From the NCBI GenBank assembly GCA_013239625.1, contig MU057350.1, forward strand, positions 33,500,842 through 33,564,841: 64,000 bases of DNA, given 5' to 3'. The position numbers and the translations under genes are program-made. The notes under the pieces are model-generated. The model had not been told where the DNA came from and ran no database searches. It worked only from the letters and a program-made list of their open reading frames with translations. Positions 24,301-36,048 of this stretch are shown in pieces. Source of the DNA: Lama guanicoe (lineage: Eukaryota). The first letter of the stretch is position 1; each line of letters opens with the position of its first letter.

Positions 24301-25245
24301 CTATGTATATAAGGAGTAGTCAAAGGAGTTAAGAGCTTGTGAATCAGGTATCCCATTCAGCCAGACAAGTAGTTTTGCTCTTTCAGAAAATCCTGGAAAA
24401 TCCAAATGACATTTTTCTATCACCATGTTGCTTAATCTGGAGCAGAAGCAGACATTGCATTCCTAGCACTTCTTTAGTGACTTTGAAATTAAGACACACC
24501 TTATGTTCTTGTCTGATTACTGTGCTATCTTAATTAAAGGGTGGAATGATGGAAAATCTGCACCTGGAACTCATGTGGACCATTTAGTGATCATTTTCAG
24601 AAAAAATATTTTAAAATGCTCTCCTGTGGGTTTTCCTTAAAATGATTGCAATTTTATGGAAAGCAGAATAATTTGGGAAATAAAAATTATTTATTTGGGA
24701 ATGCCAGCAGTGCAATGATTTGTATGTTAGGAAACGGTGGGTCTACAATGTATATTTCCATGGACAAATCTGCCCATCTGCCAACTATAGCAGGCACTAC
24801 AATTTTATGTCAATATTCTGGTTGTCTTTCTTTCTTTCTTTAAATATACAAAAGCTAACAACTTCACCATTTTGATTCAGAAAAATACTTGTGGATTTCT
24901 TTGGTCGGTAAAACCATAAAATTTAAACAAGGGAGTTTGATTTAATATGATTCAATTCAATAAGCATTTATGGAGCCACTTTCAGGAACAAAGATCTAAG
25001 ACGTAATTACTGGAAGAATCAGCACTAGAACATCACATACAAAGAATAGTTTAAAATCTAGTTGCAGCAAACATATAACCTAACTTAACCCTGAAAACTG
25101 CCTTGAGAGTCAAACAATCTAAGCATCATGTACAGACATAGTGGAGAAAGAGAACTTGATGTGTAGGGTAGAGGAAATTAAAATGCATGGATTGAGAGTG
25201 ATATCTCAAATGCTATACTAGGCATTTAACAAACCTGCACTATAG

Positions 25246-25246
<1 letters not shown>

Positions 25247-25306
<60 letters not shown>
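25247..25306 (+). repeat. (TAT)20 microsatellite inside a minus-strand MIR (~25200-25420)
   Basis: Perfect trinucleotide run next to the TTTCCATTTTGTGGAAGAGAAAATTGAG MIR core. Confidence 0.95.
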
Positions 25307-25307
<1 letters not shown>

Positions 25308-26223
25308 TCCATTTTGTGGAAGAGAAAATTGAGTCTCAGTTAACTGAAAGGAACTGTCCAAGGTCCTACAGCTAGAACCTAACCCCAGACTCTCTGATTC
25401 CAGTTGTAGGTGACTTTTTATGCCACTGGAAGTCATAAAACTGTGTAATCAGAATTAAAACAAAGACAGCTACTGAGCTCATCCAAGTGTTACTGAGAAT
25501 CTGAGCTGCTTGGGAAACAAAGCAGTTAGGCTCCTGACCCAATGCTCGTCCCTCCCGCTGTGGAGAAGTGACTGCGGGTTTTCTCTCTGTATTATTTGGC
25601 ATATTAAAGCCACGCTCATTTACACCCCTGGAATCTGGCAGAGGTTCATTCATCACTCAATATCAGTTCCATTCTTTCTCTAAATATCACAGAATCATTT
25701 TTAATATGAAAATATTGTATAATTCATAGCACTTGGAAGAAGGTCTCATCCTTTGCAGAACAATTTGCCTCTGACTGCTCTGTAAGGGCAGAGGGATGGC
25801 GTGAAGGTCAAAAGTCCTCATGTCTGGTGTCCGTGGCCAAGCCCCTGAGCCTCTGTGGGCTCGTTTCCTCTGCAGCACAGTGAGGACGCAGACCGTGAAG
25901 CTGATGCGTCAGAATAGTTGCTTTGCCTCTCAGAACTCCAGTTCCCACTCTGAAAGATGTAGGTGGGGACAGGGACTGAACCAGCTCACTGAAATATCAC
26001 CCCAGGGTAAAACAGAAAGAGCGCTGGTAGAGAAAGTGGCGGGAGTGGACAAAAGGAGATGGGGACCCTCAACACTTCATGTCAGCGGACTTAACAACTT
26101 GACCCAGCTTTCTCCTTCACACCAATCTGTGCTGAAAAGCACAGGATCCAGGGCTGAGGCTAGAACTGGGTTCCAGGGATCAGGGCAGCAGGAACGTGCA
26201 AGGTTTCAGCTCAGTAATAACAC

Positions 26224-26610
26224 TGTACTGGTTTGCTGAGGTTGTCACAACAAAGAACCACAGACTGGATGGTTTAAACTACAGAAGTGCATTTCCTCAC
26301 AGTTCTGAAAGCTAGAGTTCTTAGATCAAGCAGTCGTGTGGGGTTGGTTTCTTCTGAGGCCCGTCTCCTTGGTTTGTAGGGGACTACCTTCTGCCAGTGT
26401 CCTTGCTATGTGCGTGCCTGTGTCCATATCTCCTCTTCTTATAAGGGCACCAGTCATACTGACCTAGGGCTCACCTTAATGATTTCCTTTCTTTTAGCAC
26501 AATTACCTCTTTAAAGATTTTATTTCCAAGTATAGTCATATTCTAAGGTGCTGAGGGTAAAACTTCAACATCTGATGTGGGGGTGGGGTGCACAGGTCAG
26601 CCCATCACAG
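26224..26610 (-). mobile_element. MaLR LTR (MLT1B/C-like) nested in a MIR
   Basis: ACAAAGAACCACAGACTGGATGGTTTAAAC...CTCACAGTTCTG...CAGCCCATCACA. Confidence 0.85.
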
Positions 26611-28287
26611 GTCCTTTGCTGTGTGACCTCAGAGGTTTAATTTGCTGTATCTTCATTTCCTCATCTGTAAAACAGTAGCAATGATGCTCGGATTAAAGAT
26701 GTATCTTGAAGATTAGAAATAATGTATTTGAAATACCTAAACAGTAACTTCTATTACTCATATTAGGCTAACCGATGAAAGAATGTGCAGGTTCAGTGGC
26801 TTATCATATTAAAAGTTTATGTCATATTCGTTTTCCACGTTAGTGGGCTCTCCTTCATCAGTGACTCTGGAATGCAGCCTCTTTCCACATCTTGCAACAA
26901 CTCCGCCTTCAAGCAGAAGCCTCCAGGACTGCCCCGGAAGTAGATCGGACTGTGAGGATGCACCACGAAGCACCCCTCATTTCAGTTCACCTTCCAATCA
27001 GCCCAAACTAGTCCTGTGACCCATGTTGGGTCAAAGGGTCCAGAAAGGATGCCCTTTGACCAGGAATCATTTTTCCAGCAATGATTCTGCATTGTGGGAA
27101 AGGAAAATGGACATGTGATAGTGGATAGTTCTCTCCACCAGTCAGAGTCATCACAGGCAACAACAATGGTACAGAGTGTGGTATGTGTAATTAACCACTC
27201 AGTTAATAAACAATTTACAAAGTGATGTGCAGCTTTTAAGGAAAGTGCAAGGTCATGGGCAGTGGGAAGGGGTGTTGACACTCCAAGGCTTGAAGGAGCC
27301 AGAGGAGGGAGTAGATCCCAGGACCCAGATGGAGGGGCAGCTGTGTGGAGGGGTCTGCCTGATAAGAATAGTAGTTCCTGGTCAGAAGAGTGACCACACA
27401 GGAAGGAAACTAAGTGAAAAATAACCAACCTAGTCCTTGGCTCCATCCAGCCTTGATCCTCACTGCCTTTTGACTGGGCTGCCCAGAAGCTGGAAAGCAA
27501 AGAGGCTCGGGGATGTGGTGCATGCAGGGTGGTCTCAGGGCCCTCAGAAGATGGACAAGTGTGGCAAGAAAGTGGAGGGAGAAATAGAAGAAATACAGCA
27601 CATCACAAGTGCTGTATTACTCGACAGAAAGTAAAGTCAGACTGGAGGTCTTTGGAGGTCTCCTGAGGTGGCGGCTGCACTACTAATTTTTAGCTCCATA
27701 TACTCTCCAAAAGAAATAGAGGCAAGCAGGTGAGCAAAAGTGTTGTGGAATAAAGCCCACCAGCCAAGGAACTGGCAGCAAATATGTGTTGACTGATGCA
27801 TGAATTAAGAGGCTCCAGGGGGTAGGATCTTCCTCACTGCTCACAAAATACTGCAAGTCAAGCATCATTACCTCCACTTCAAAGGAGCAGTAATTCCTGT
27901 TCCCTGTCCCTCAGGCCCTACCTGATCCGTTAGTGCTCCAGCATCAAAAATGCCTCCCATGCAACAAAAATGCTCAAGCCCCAGTGAGAGCAAGGAAAAG
28001 AAACCCTGCAAATCTGTAGGACCCCAAAATTCCCAACGCCTGCAACTAAAAAAGGTTCAACAAAATTTATAACAAGATAAATTGCATACTTTCAAGTGGA
28101 GTGGATTATGAACCACAAACCTCCATTACATAAGTCTCTTCTCAACTTGTGAGTCTTTTTGTTTCTCAAATAAAGAGACAGAGGACATAAGAAGTTGAAT
28201 CACTCTTTCTGAGGTTTCTGAGCTACTTGGTGACAAAGCCAGAGAACTGATGCAATTATCTTGTTTTATTCTCTACACTCTGAACCC

Positions 28288-28288
<1 letters not shown>

Positions 28289-28323
<35 letters not shown>

Positions 28324-28340
28324 AACACACACACACACAC
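28289..28340 (+). repeat. Interrupted (CA)n microsatellite
   Basis: Direct observation. Confidence 0.95.
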
Positions 28341-28673
28341 GCAAGAATTACAATAACTTCTTGCTTCCTACCAAAGCCACATCCACCTGAAAACAAAAAG
28401 AAAAGGAAACCGAGAAGCTGTTGACCTCCTCTCTGCTCTAGGGTGAGAAGTCGGGAGATGGGACAGATTTGGAGAAGGATCTCTCTCTCTCTCCTGCTCT
28501 CTCTCCCTGTCTCCCATCCTTTCTCCTGCTCTCCTAATCTCACAAGATGGAATCAAAGAGGTAATAAAAGGAGATTTAGATAAAGAAGAAAACAGCACAA
28601 AGTAAGCAGTTGTCATTTTCTGAAAATCCTGCAGTTCATGTGGGATGTTCATGTGCATTGAAAGTCATCCTAA

Positions 28674-28872
28674 GGGGGAGGCTATAGCTCAGTGGCAGAG
28701 CACATGCTTAGCATGCACGAGGCCATGGGTTCCATCCCCAGTACCTGCATTAAATAAAAAATAACAACAATAAGTAAATAAATAAACCAAATGACCTCCT
28801 CCTCCCCCCAAACAAGCAAAAACAAAAACAATTTTTAGAAAACAAAATAAATAAATAAACAAACAAATAAAT
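28674..28872 (+). mobile_element. Camelid tRNA-derived SINE (Vic-type), long form
   Basis: GGGGGAGGCTATAGCTCAGTGGCAGAG (A box), GGTTCCATCCCC (B box), AAACCAAATGACCTCC tail; imperfect TSD beginning AAAGTCATC at 28661 and 28873. Confidence 0.9.
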
Positions 28873-30053
28873 AAAGTCATCTCAGTTGGTCTACTCTCAG
28901 ATATGTGACGTCACTGAGTCCATCTTAAAGATAACGAACCAACAGTTTAGAAAATTTAAGTAACTTATTCACAGTCCTATAGTAGGAACACACCACGGAT
29001 TTTGAGATTGGATCGAGTTTCTGATGGCTGATTCAGCTTCTCTTTTCACTGCACAATAATAGCACCCTAACCTAACACGAATCAGCTCCCAATGAGAAAG
29101 GAATGAAGAAGATTCAACTGTTGAAAGAGCAAACAAAGGGGCCTCATCTAAAAATATGCTTCCTTAAAATCCAAATTGCCATTTCTTTGAATGAGGAATT
29201 GGCCTAACAAAAATATATTGGACACTTTTGCTACTATTGCAGGGAGAAGAAATTATAATAATTAAGATGTCATGAATCAAATTTGACAGGAATGGTGACA
29301 AGAGTTACTTTTAGTTGCAAATGAAGAACACATGTAATTAGAAGTAAAGTGAGCTCGATAAAGGTTACACAAACCTCATCTGTAGAAGAGGCTCTGGTAT
29401 TTAAGAAAAGCAATTAGTAAATGAGCAAGCATGCTAATAAGGCAAATATTTATTTTTAGGAGAACCTGGAATTGGTACACTTCAAAGTCAAAAGGATCAG
29501 CCATTGAAGATGGAATAACACTGTGGACAAACATACCCAAGGAAGCAGCAATTTCTTCAACCAGTTTCTAAAATCTAGATAATAATGTTTTACAAACAGG
29601 TTCAAGCACAAAGAAAAATATAATAATTATGATGACAGTGTCTCTAATATCTGCATCCTTCTTCAAAATGCACAAAACACTTTCACAGAAGGAAGATCCA
29701 GCTCCATATGTGATCTCTTTTCTTCCTTCCTCATCCCTTCCCTCCTGCCTGCCTGTCTTCCCCATCCCCACTTTCTTACTAATCAGTGAATGTTTATTTG
29801 CACTTTATGACAAGCACTCTCAAAGAGCAAGACAGATGAGGTATTTACCTTCACAGAGCTGATGTCCTAATTTAGGTAGATGGACTTTGTATGAAAAATT
29901 AAACAATTTTTTTTTCAGAAATTTGATAAGGATGGAAAGAATCAGGTGAAATGATCCACAGTGATGAGTCCCCGTGATCTCAGGCAACATTCTGGAAAGA
30001 CCTCTTTAAGGAGATCACATTGGAGCTCAGAGAGACTGTTGTGGGGTCATGGG

Positions 30054-30848
30054 TGTATCTGTGTCCAGGACTGCTGTAGACAACACCACTAACGTTCTGG
30101 CTTAAACAACAGGCATTCAGTGTCTCACAGCTCTTGAGACCAGAAGTGCGAATCGAGGTATTGGCAAGTGTCATGAAAGTTTGCATCACCCCAGAAGTCA
30201 TATGTTGGAATCCTAAACCCTAGTGAGATGGCATTTGGAGGAGAGGCCTTTGGGAGGTAATTAGGTTATAAGCATGGAGCCCCCATGGATGGAATTGGTG
30301 CTGTTATAAAAGGAACCTCAGAAAGTTATCTTGCTCTCTTCCACCATGTGAGGGGAGAGAGAGAAGTCAGAAGCCTGCAAACTGAGAGAGGATTCTCACC
30401 AGAATCTGGCCATGCTGGCACCCTGAGCTTGGACATCCAGGTCTGTGGGAAATTTATCTCTCATGTTTGTAAGCCACCTGGTCTAGGGTACTTTGTTACA
30501 GCATCCCAAACTTGCAAAGACAGCAGGGTTGGTTCCTTCTGGGAGCTGTGAGGGAGTCTGTTCCATGCCCTTCTCCTAGCTTCTGGGAGCCTCAGGTGTT
30601 CCTGGGTTTGTATATAGTCATCTTTCTCCTGTCTTTACATTCTCTGCCTTCTATATGTGCCTGTCTCTTTGCCAAGATTTCCCCTTTTTATAAGAACATC
30701 AGTCATGTTGGATTAATGTCCTCCAACCTAATGACTTCATCTTGACTTGCTCAACTGCAAAGACCCTATTTCTCAATAAGATCACATCACAGGTACCAGG
30801 GGTTAGGATTTCAACATCCCTTGGTAGGAGATAAATTAACCTATAAGA
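30054..30848 (-). mobile_element. MaLR LTR (MLT1C-like) interrupted by another MaLR LTR; lies within an L2
   Basis: GGCTTAAACAACAG...GAGGTATTGGCAAG rejoins GCAGGGTTGGTTCCTTCTG. Confidence 0.8.
30169..30522 (+). mobile_element. MaLR LTR (MLT1A-like) inserted antisense into the MLT1C-like LTR
   Basis: TG...CA termini, 5-bp TSD GCAAG/GCAGG, GGCCTTTGGGAGGTAATTAGG. Confidence 0.85.
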
Positions 30849-31424
30849 ATGGGAATAGTTATTGTTGAAGAAGAAGAAATGTCAAGGGCAGAGTGCCTGT
30901 ACACAGACATGCAGCTCTTTCAAACAATAATTTGTACAATATTCATTCAAGTGTGTGTGCTTTATAAACAGGTCTAAAAATGGCAAGGAAGATTGGCAGC
31001 TTGAATTCAGAGAACTTGCTTCGAGACCACTTACTTTATGACTGTGGACAACTCTCTCTGCCACTCTAAAACTTCTCCTTGCTTTCCAGAAAAGAAAATT
31101 AATAACTTCTCCCTCTTAGTGATTGGAAGTGTTACTACATGTAAGAGTGCTTGTTCAACTGTTCAGTGCTATAAAATGTTAAAGAATATAATTTTTTAAA
31201 ACTCTATATGGACAGAAATGAATTCCAAGCCTGTCAAACAATGAGGTTATATCAGAGGGAGGATAATAGAGTTCATTTTACATAAATTCTTTTACAGAAC
31301 TCAACTCTGTTGCATACAGAGTCATCCCAGAAGGCAAAGAATTGCTTGTCTTCTGGGCACTCAGTTTTCTCGTTGTTTGCTTGTTGTTGTTGTTTATAAT
31401 TTGGGGTCTCCAAGCCTGGTTAGG

Positions 31425-31600
31425 GATCCAGCATGATAGAACACTAAGAACTTGGACTCTGGAGCTGAATGGCCAGGCTCTGAATCTTGACTCCATCACT
31501 TACTCACTGGGTGACCCTGGGCGAGAGAGATAATAGTGCTACCTACCTCATGGGGTTGTTAGGTGAGTTAAATTAATGATGCAAGGCACACAGAACAATA
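31425..31600 (+). mobile_element. MIR SINE (internally deleted)
   Basis: GGACTCTGGAGCTG...ATAATAGTGCTACCTACCTCATGGGGTTGTT. Confidence 0.85.
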
Positions 31601-31929
31601 AATTTACAGGGAAAGAAGAACAGAGATTGAAGAGCTGGATGGTCTTATCACCATCATATACCCAAAGCTGCTGAGACTGAAAGAGCCCTGATATGTGCTC
31701 ACAGGTACACACTTAGCCATTGCAAGGGCTGGATTATTCAAAGCCAATCCTCTTAAAGTCTGTGCTCTCAAGCAACACCCCCCAAGCAGGAGGACTTGGC
31801 ATTGTCCCATGACCTGGGGAGTTCTTTCGGATGTCTTCACGAAATGCTCCCTCTCCCAGGTGTGAATTCTCTAAAATGTTTTGTTAGGATGGACATTCCA
31901 ACTTTTTGTTTGTTGGCGATTATAGAGCC

Positions 31930-32262
31930 AGGATGCTCAGTAAGTATCCACCAGACACAGATGGACCCTGAGCACTTGAATGTGGTTGAACTGAGATGCA
32001 TGGTTACAGATGGACTGTAAGTATAAAATGCACACCTGAGTTTGAAGATCTAGTAAGAAAAAATAATGCAAAATATCTCACAATTTTTATATTGATTACA
32101 TGATGAAGTGATAATATTTTGAATATATCTGATAACGTAAAAGATAGTATTAAATTAATTTCACCTACTTCTTTATAGATGTTTATGCATCTACTGGAAA
32201 TTTTCAAATGGCATATATGGCTCAGGTTTGTAGCTGGCATTGTACTCCTATTGACAGCACTG
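31930..32262. mobile_element. MER33 hAT-Charlie DNA transposon
   Basis: GAGCACTTGAATGTGG...TGTAAGTATAAAATGCACAC...ATATTGATTACATG...CTATTGACAGCACTG matches recalled MER33. Confidence 0.85.
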
Positions 32263-32819
32263 TTACAGGACAACTGTCTTTATTCACATTTCTCCACCAT
32301 TCAAAGAGTGTGACCTCACATACTCAAGCACAAACTCTTTCCCAAGTGTCCCACTCTATCCTGCTCCCCTTCGGCACTCTAGAAAGCTACACCAATCATG
32401 TGTCATTAACCACTTGTCCAGCATAAGCCATGTCATAGAACATACTTCTCTGCTTTTCTCACACTGTTTCTGTAGCTTTATTAATTTCAGTTTCCTTCAC
32501 TCGTGGAAACTTTACATGCCCTTTAAAATCACGTTGAAGGCTTCCCTCTCCATGAAGCTATGTGCTGGTTTCTCCAGTTTAATCTTCTACAACCAAAGCA
32601 CTCTTCATTCTTCTCTTATCACAAACCTTTTTAACATCTTGCCTCCTGTCTCAGTTACCCGTTACCACACATCCCCTGCAACTTCAGTATTACAGGCTGA
32701 CTTGAACATAGGCGGCATTTATCCAACAAGTGCTTGTTGAGCACTGAATGAGTCACAGGCACTAAGTTAGCTCTGGGATTGCATTCAATACGTTGAAAAG
32801 TGAATAAACTTATTTTCTA

Positions 32820-33300
32820 TTATTCTGTCTCTCATTCTCTTTGGTGTAAAGATGAGCTTAGAAGTACAAGAGACTTGTTGGGAGAAATGCCGTGAAAAAT
32901 AAAGAGGAAGCAACAAGAGTAGGAAGGGAGAGCCGCAGACCTCAGTGCTGATCTGATAGCTGTGAAAGGAGAAAGGGGCAGAAGGACTGGAGACAAAGAG
33001 CCTCAGATCACACCGAAATAGGAGAAAGTCTCAGCTGGGCCAGTAAGCTGTCTCTAAGTCAGGGTAACCCTTTGGAAGAATTCCCATCATGGGGTGGGAA
33101 TGGGCCTGCTCTGGTAACCCTGCCACTCAGTTGTTGGCCACAAGCGGCCCAAGGGAAGTGTGGCCTTGATATTCTTGCATCCACCTGGGGTGGGTGTAAA
33201 GGTGCAGCATCTTGGGCTGAAGGTCATTTATGTTTCCTGTAGTAATTCTGCAAAAGGGATTCCAAGCAGGGCAGCTCCATAACCCCCATTCCCCACCATG
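32820..33300 (-). mobile_element. ERVL-class LTR (LTR16/LTR33-like)
   Basis: AAGTACAAGAGACTTGTTGGGAGAAATGCC...GGGAGAGCCGCAGACC...CTGTGAAAGGAGA. Confidence 0.6.
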
Positions 33301-34361
33301 ATATATAGTCCACTTCTTTTTATAAAAGATTTCAGGTGCCCTAAAATATGGCCTATGACATATGTAGAGTACATTACGGAGGTTAACTCCAGGCTTGAGG
33401 TCATGACAGACATGAGTCCCAGTTTCCAGCATCTCTTCTATGGGTTGCATGATTTTGAAGAAGGAAACGTGTTTCTCTAAAACAGCTTGTTGACTGTTGT
33501 TTGTTTAATCAACCACTTCATTGAGTTGTTATGTAAAATAATAAAATGCATATAAATCATGGAGCCCAAAACATAATGTGTTTTATTATTATTGGTAATA
33601 ACATTTGTTACTGCTGGTGGTGGTGTCATTGTTGTGTGGTTGTCAATACCCCGAAATAACAGAGTGTAAGTAAACAAAATCCATCGGAGAGAATGGGAAT
33701 AATTTCAAATACACTAAAGATATGGGTAAGCTTAACGCTTCCCAGTAGCCCTGCTTGAAAGGGAAATATAAGCTGTTAATTCGGTTCTGAATTTCCTAAA
33801 AGGAAACATGACTTTCCACATTGAAAACAAAGTGTTTCTTTGTACTAAAATCTACTTGGAATTTTTCACAGGGGAGTTTTAGGGAACAGAGTCTTATTCA
33901 GCTTGCATTTCCCTTGGACCAGGCTGATGCATCCCCCAGAGTCTGTGCTCAGGGAGGCTGGTAAAGCTGATCTGAGAAATACGAATGCAGTTCAGTTCAA
34001 GTATCAGTACTAATACTTTTTTGGACAAAAAAAGCAACTTCTTAAAACAGTTCAGATTTGTACCTACAGTACCATGAACTCTCTAGAGGCTTTCCAAAGA
34101 TCTTCTGGAGATTACTAAGGACCACAGCAGAGGCAAGAGGAAGGGATGTGAAAATGACAGCCCATGTAGATCTGAGTTCTCATCCCAGTTGTCTGATGTT
34201 TTCCTCTTGGTAGATTGGTGGGAATGTGGATGGCTTCTCTGAGTCTCAGGTTCCCCATAAGGAGAATGTAGATAATTATACCTTGGCAGAAGTGTTGAAA
34301 GGATTAAGCAGTTACAGACATTTCTTTTTTTTCCTAAAAAAATAGAAGAATATAGTGAAAG

Positions 34362-35150
34362 TGTCTTAGTTTGGGTTCCCTAAGAAGAATTGACAGACAG
34401 GAATTTGAGGGCAAGAATAAATTTGGGAAATTAAGCAGGAAATAGAGGCAAGAGGGTGTCATGGGTTGAATTGTGTCCCTTGCCCCCAAATGCAAATGTT
34501 ACAGCCCTGACTCTCAGTCCCTCAGATGTGACTATATTTAAAGATAGTTTTTAAAGAGGTAGTTAAGGTAAAATAAGGTCGTTTGGGTAGATCCTAATCT
34601 GATATGACTGCAATCATTGTAAGAAAAATAAACAGGGACACAGAAACACAGAGGGAAGGCCCAGGAGAAGACAGCCTTGTGCCAGAGAGGCAGAGGCCAC
34701 TGAAGAAACCAGTCCTGGGGACACCTTGCTCTCAGACTTTTGGCCTCCAGAACTTCCAGACATAAATTTTTGTTGTTTGAGCCACCTAGCCTGTGATACC
34801 TTGTTATGTCCATCCTGGACGATGAAAATAAAGTGTGTGGATGTAGGACAGGGAAGGGAGGGAGGGGGGTCACTGAAGGTGTGTTGATGAGCTGGTGACC
34901 TGTGTGGGCCTCCGCAGCTCAGCCCATTGAGGACCCTGGGAGACTTCAGAGAGCTCCCCTCGGAGTCATCTCACCCCCAGAGCTGGGGGAGCTGGGAGGC
35001 TCACGGCTGAGGTCTGGGGCGTTGGCATTCTGACTGGCCCAACTTACAGGCTGAGCATCTCCTGAAGCTGGAGAGGTTCCTCAGGCCAAGGCAGTAAAAA
35101 TCCCTGAGAGTGGAGAACACGTGGACGGGGCATTGATGGCATCTGCTTAG
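34362..35150 (-). mobile_element. ERVL LTR (LTR16-like) interrupted by a MaLR LTR
   Basis: TGTCTTAGTTTGGGTTCCC...GACAGGAATTTGAGGGCAAG; resumes after ~34830. Confidence 0.6.
34457..34830 (+). mobile_element. MaLR LTR (MLT1B/C-like)
   Basis: TGTCATGGGTTGAATTGTGTCCC...GACTTTTGGCCTCCAGAAC...TTGAGCCACCTAG. Confidence 0.85.
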
Positions 35151-35840
35151 CAAACCAAGTTGCACAATATTAAATGAAGGCAGAGTTAATTAATTCAACA
35201 CTTACACACTGACGCCAGGCCAAGATCTAGCTGCTGCAATTGCACGGGTGACCCAGATGGCCGTCACTCTGCTCGGGGTAAAGGACGGAGGGAGTGAACA
35301 GGAGCTGAGGAGGCAGAGGGAACACCTGACATACAAGTAACCTCAGAGAGGGAAGCAAGTCAATGAGACCCACAACAGGACACAGGGTCACTAGCATTTA
35401 TAAGTGAAAAGGACAAAGACCTCAGAGCTGTACTAAATACTTCCTCACCCAGAAGGAGAGCGGCTTAATTTACTAAAGAACTCAGAATTCTAGGCAGACC
35501 CTAAGCTTGGGGCACAGATAAATTTATTTCTAGGAGAGCAGAATGTGAAAGGGGAGAACTTTGAATAATATCAGAGAAAGACACAAGTTCACTTTTTTAA
35601 AGGGCAGGCAAAGGTGCTTGGAGGGAAGTGGCCTTTAGCTGGTACTAAATTCTCTTGTGCTGTACTGAAGAGTTTCAAGCTTCTGGAAGCACACGTTGTG
35701 CAGGAAGGAAGGAAGAAATAACCAGAGTTTATCACCAGGGAACCACCCAGTCAAAGGATATGCATTTAAATATCTCTGTGGTTGGTCCTTGGGCAATAGA
35801 TGTAACAGCCAGAGATGGTGCCTGACCTGACAAGGCTGCT

Positions 35841-36048
35841 AAGTGCTCTCAACCAGAAGAGATTTTGTATCCAGGAAACACTTGTCAATATCTGCAAACA
35901 TTTTGATTATCACAGCTAAGGGACGCTACTGACATCTGATGGATGGAAGTCGAGAATGCTGCTGAACTTACGGCAACACACAGGACAGTCCTCCACAACA
36001 AAGTATTATCTGACCCCAAATGTCGATAGTGCTGTGATTGAAACCATC
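35841..36048 (+). mobile_element. MER20 hAT-Charlie DNA transposon
   Basis: CAGGACAGTCCTCCACAACAAAGTATTATCTGACCCCAAATGTCGATAGTGC matches recalled MER20. Confidence 0.9.

Noticed and set aside
25218-25436. Poly-asparagine ORF
   Set aside because: Translation of the (TAT)n microsatellite in a MIR
28674-28760. tRNA gene (also 49170-49250 and 53674-53757)
   Set aside because: A/B boxes are present but followed by SINE tails, with TSDs at two copies; these are tRNA-derived SINEs
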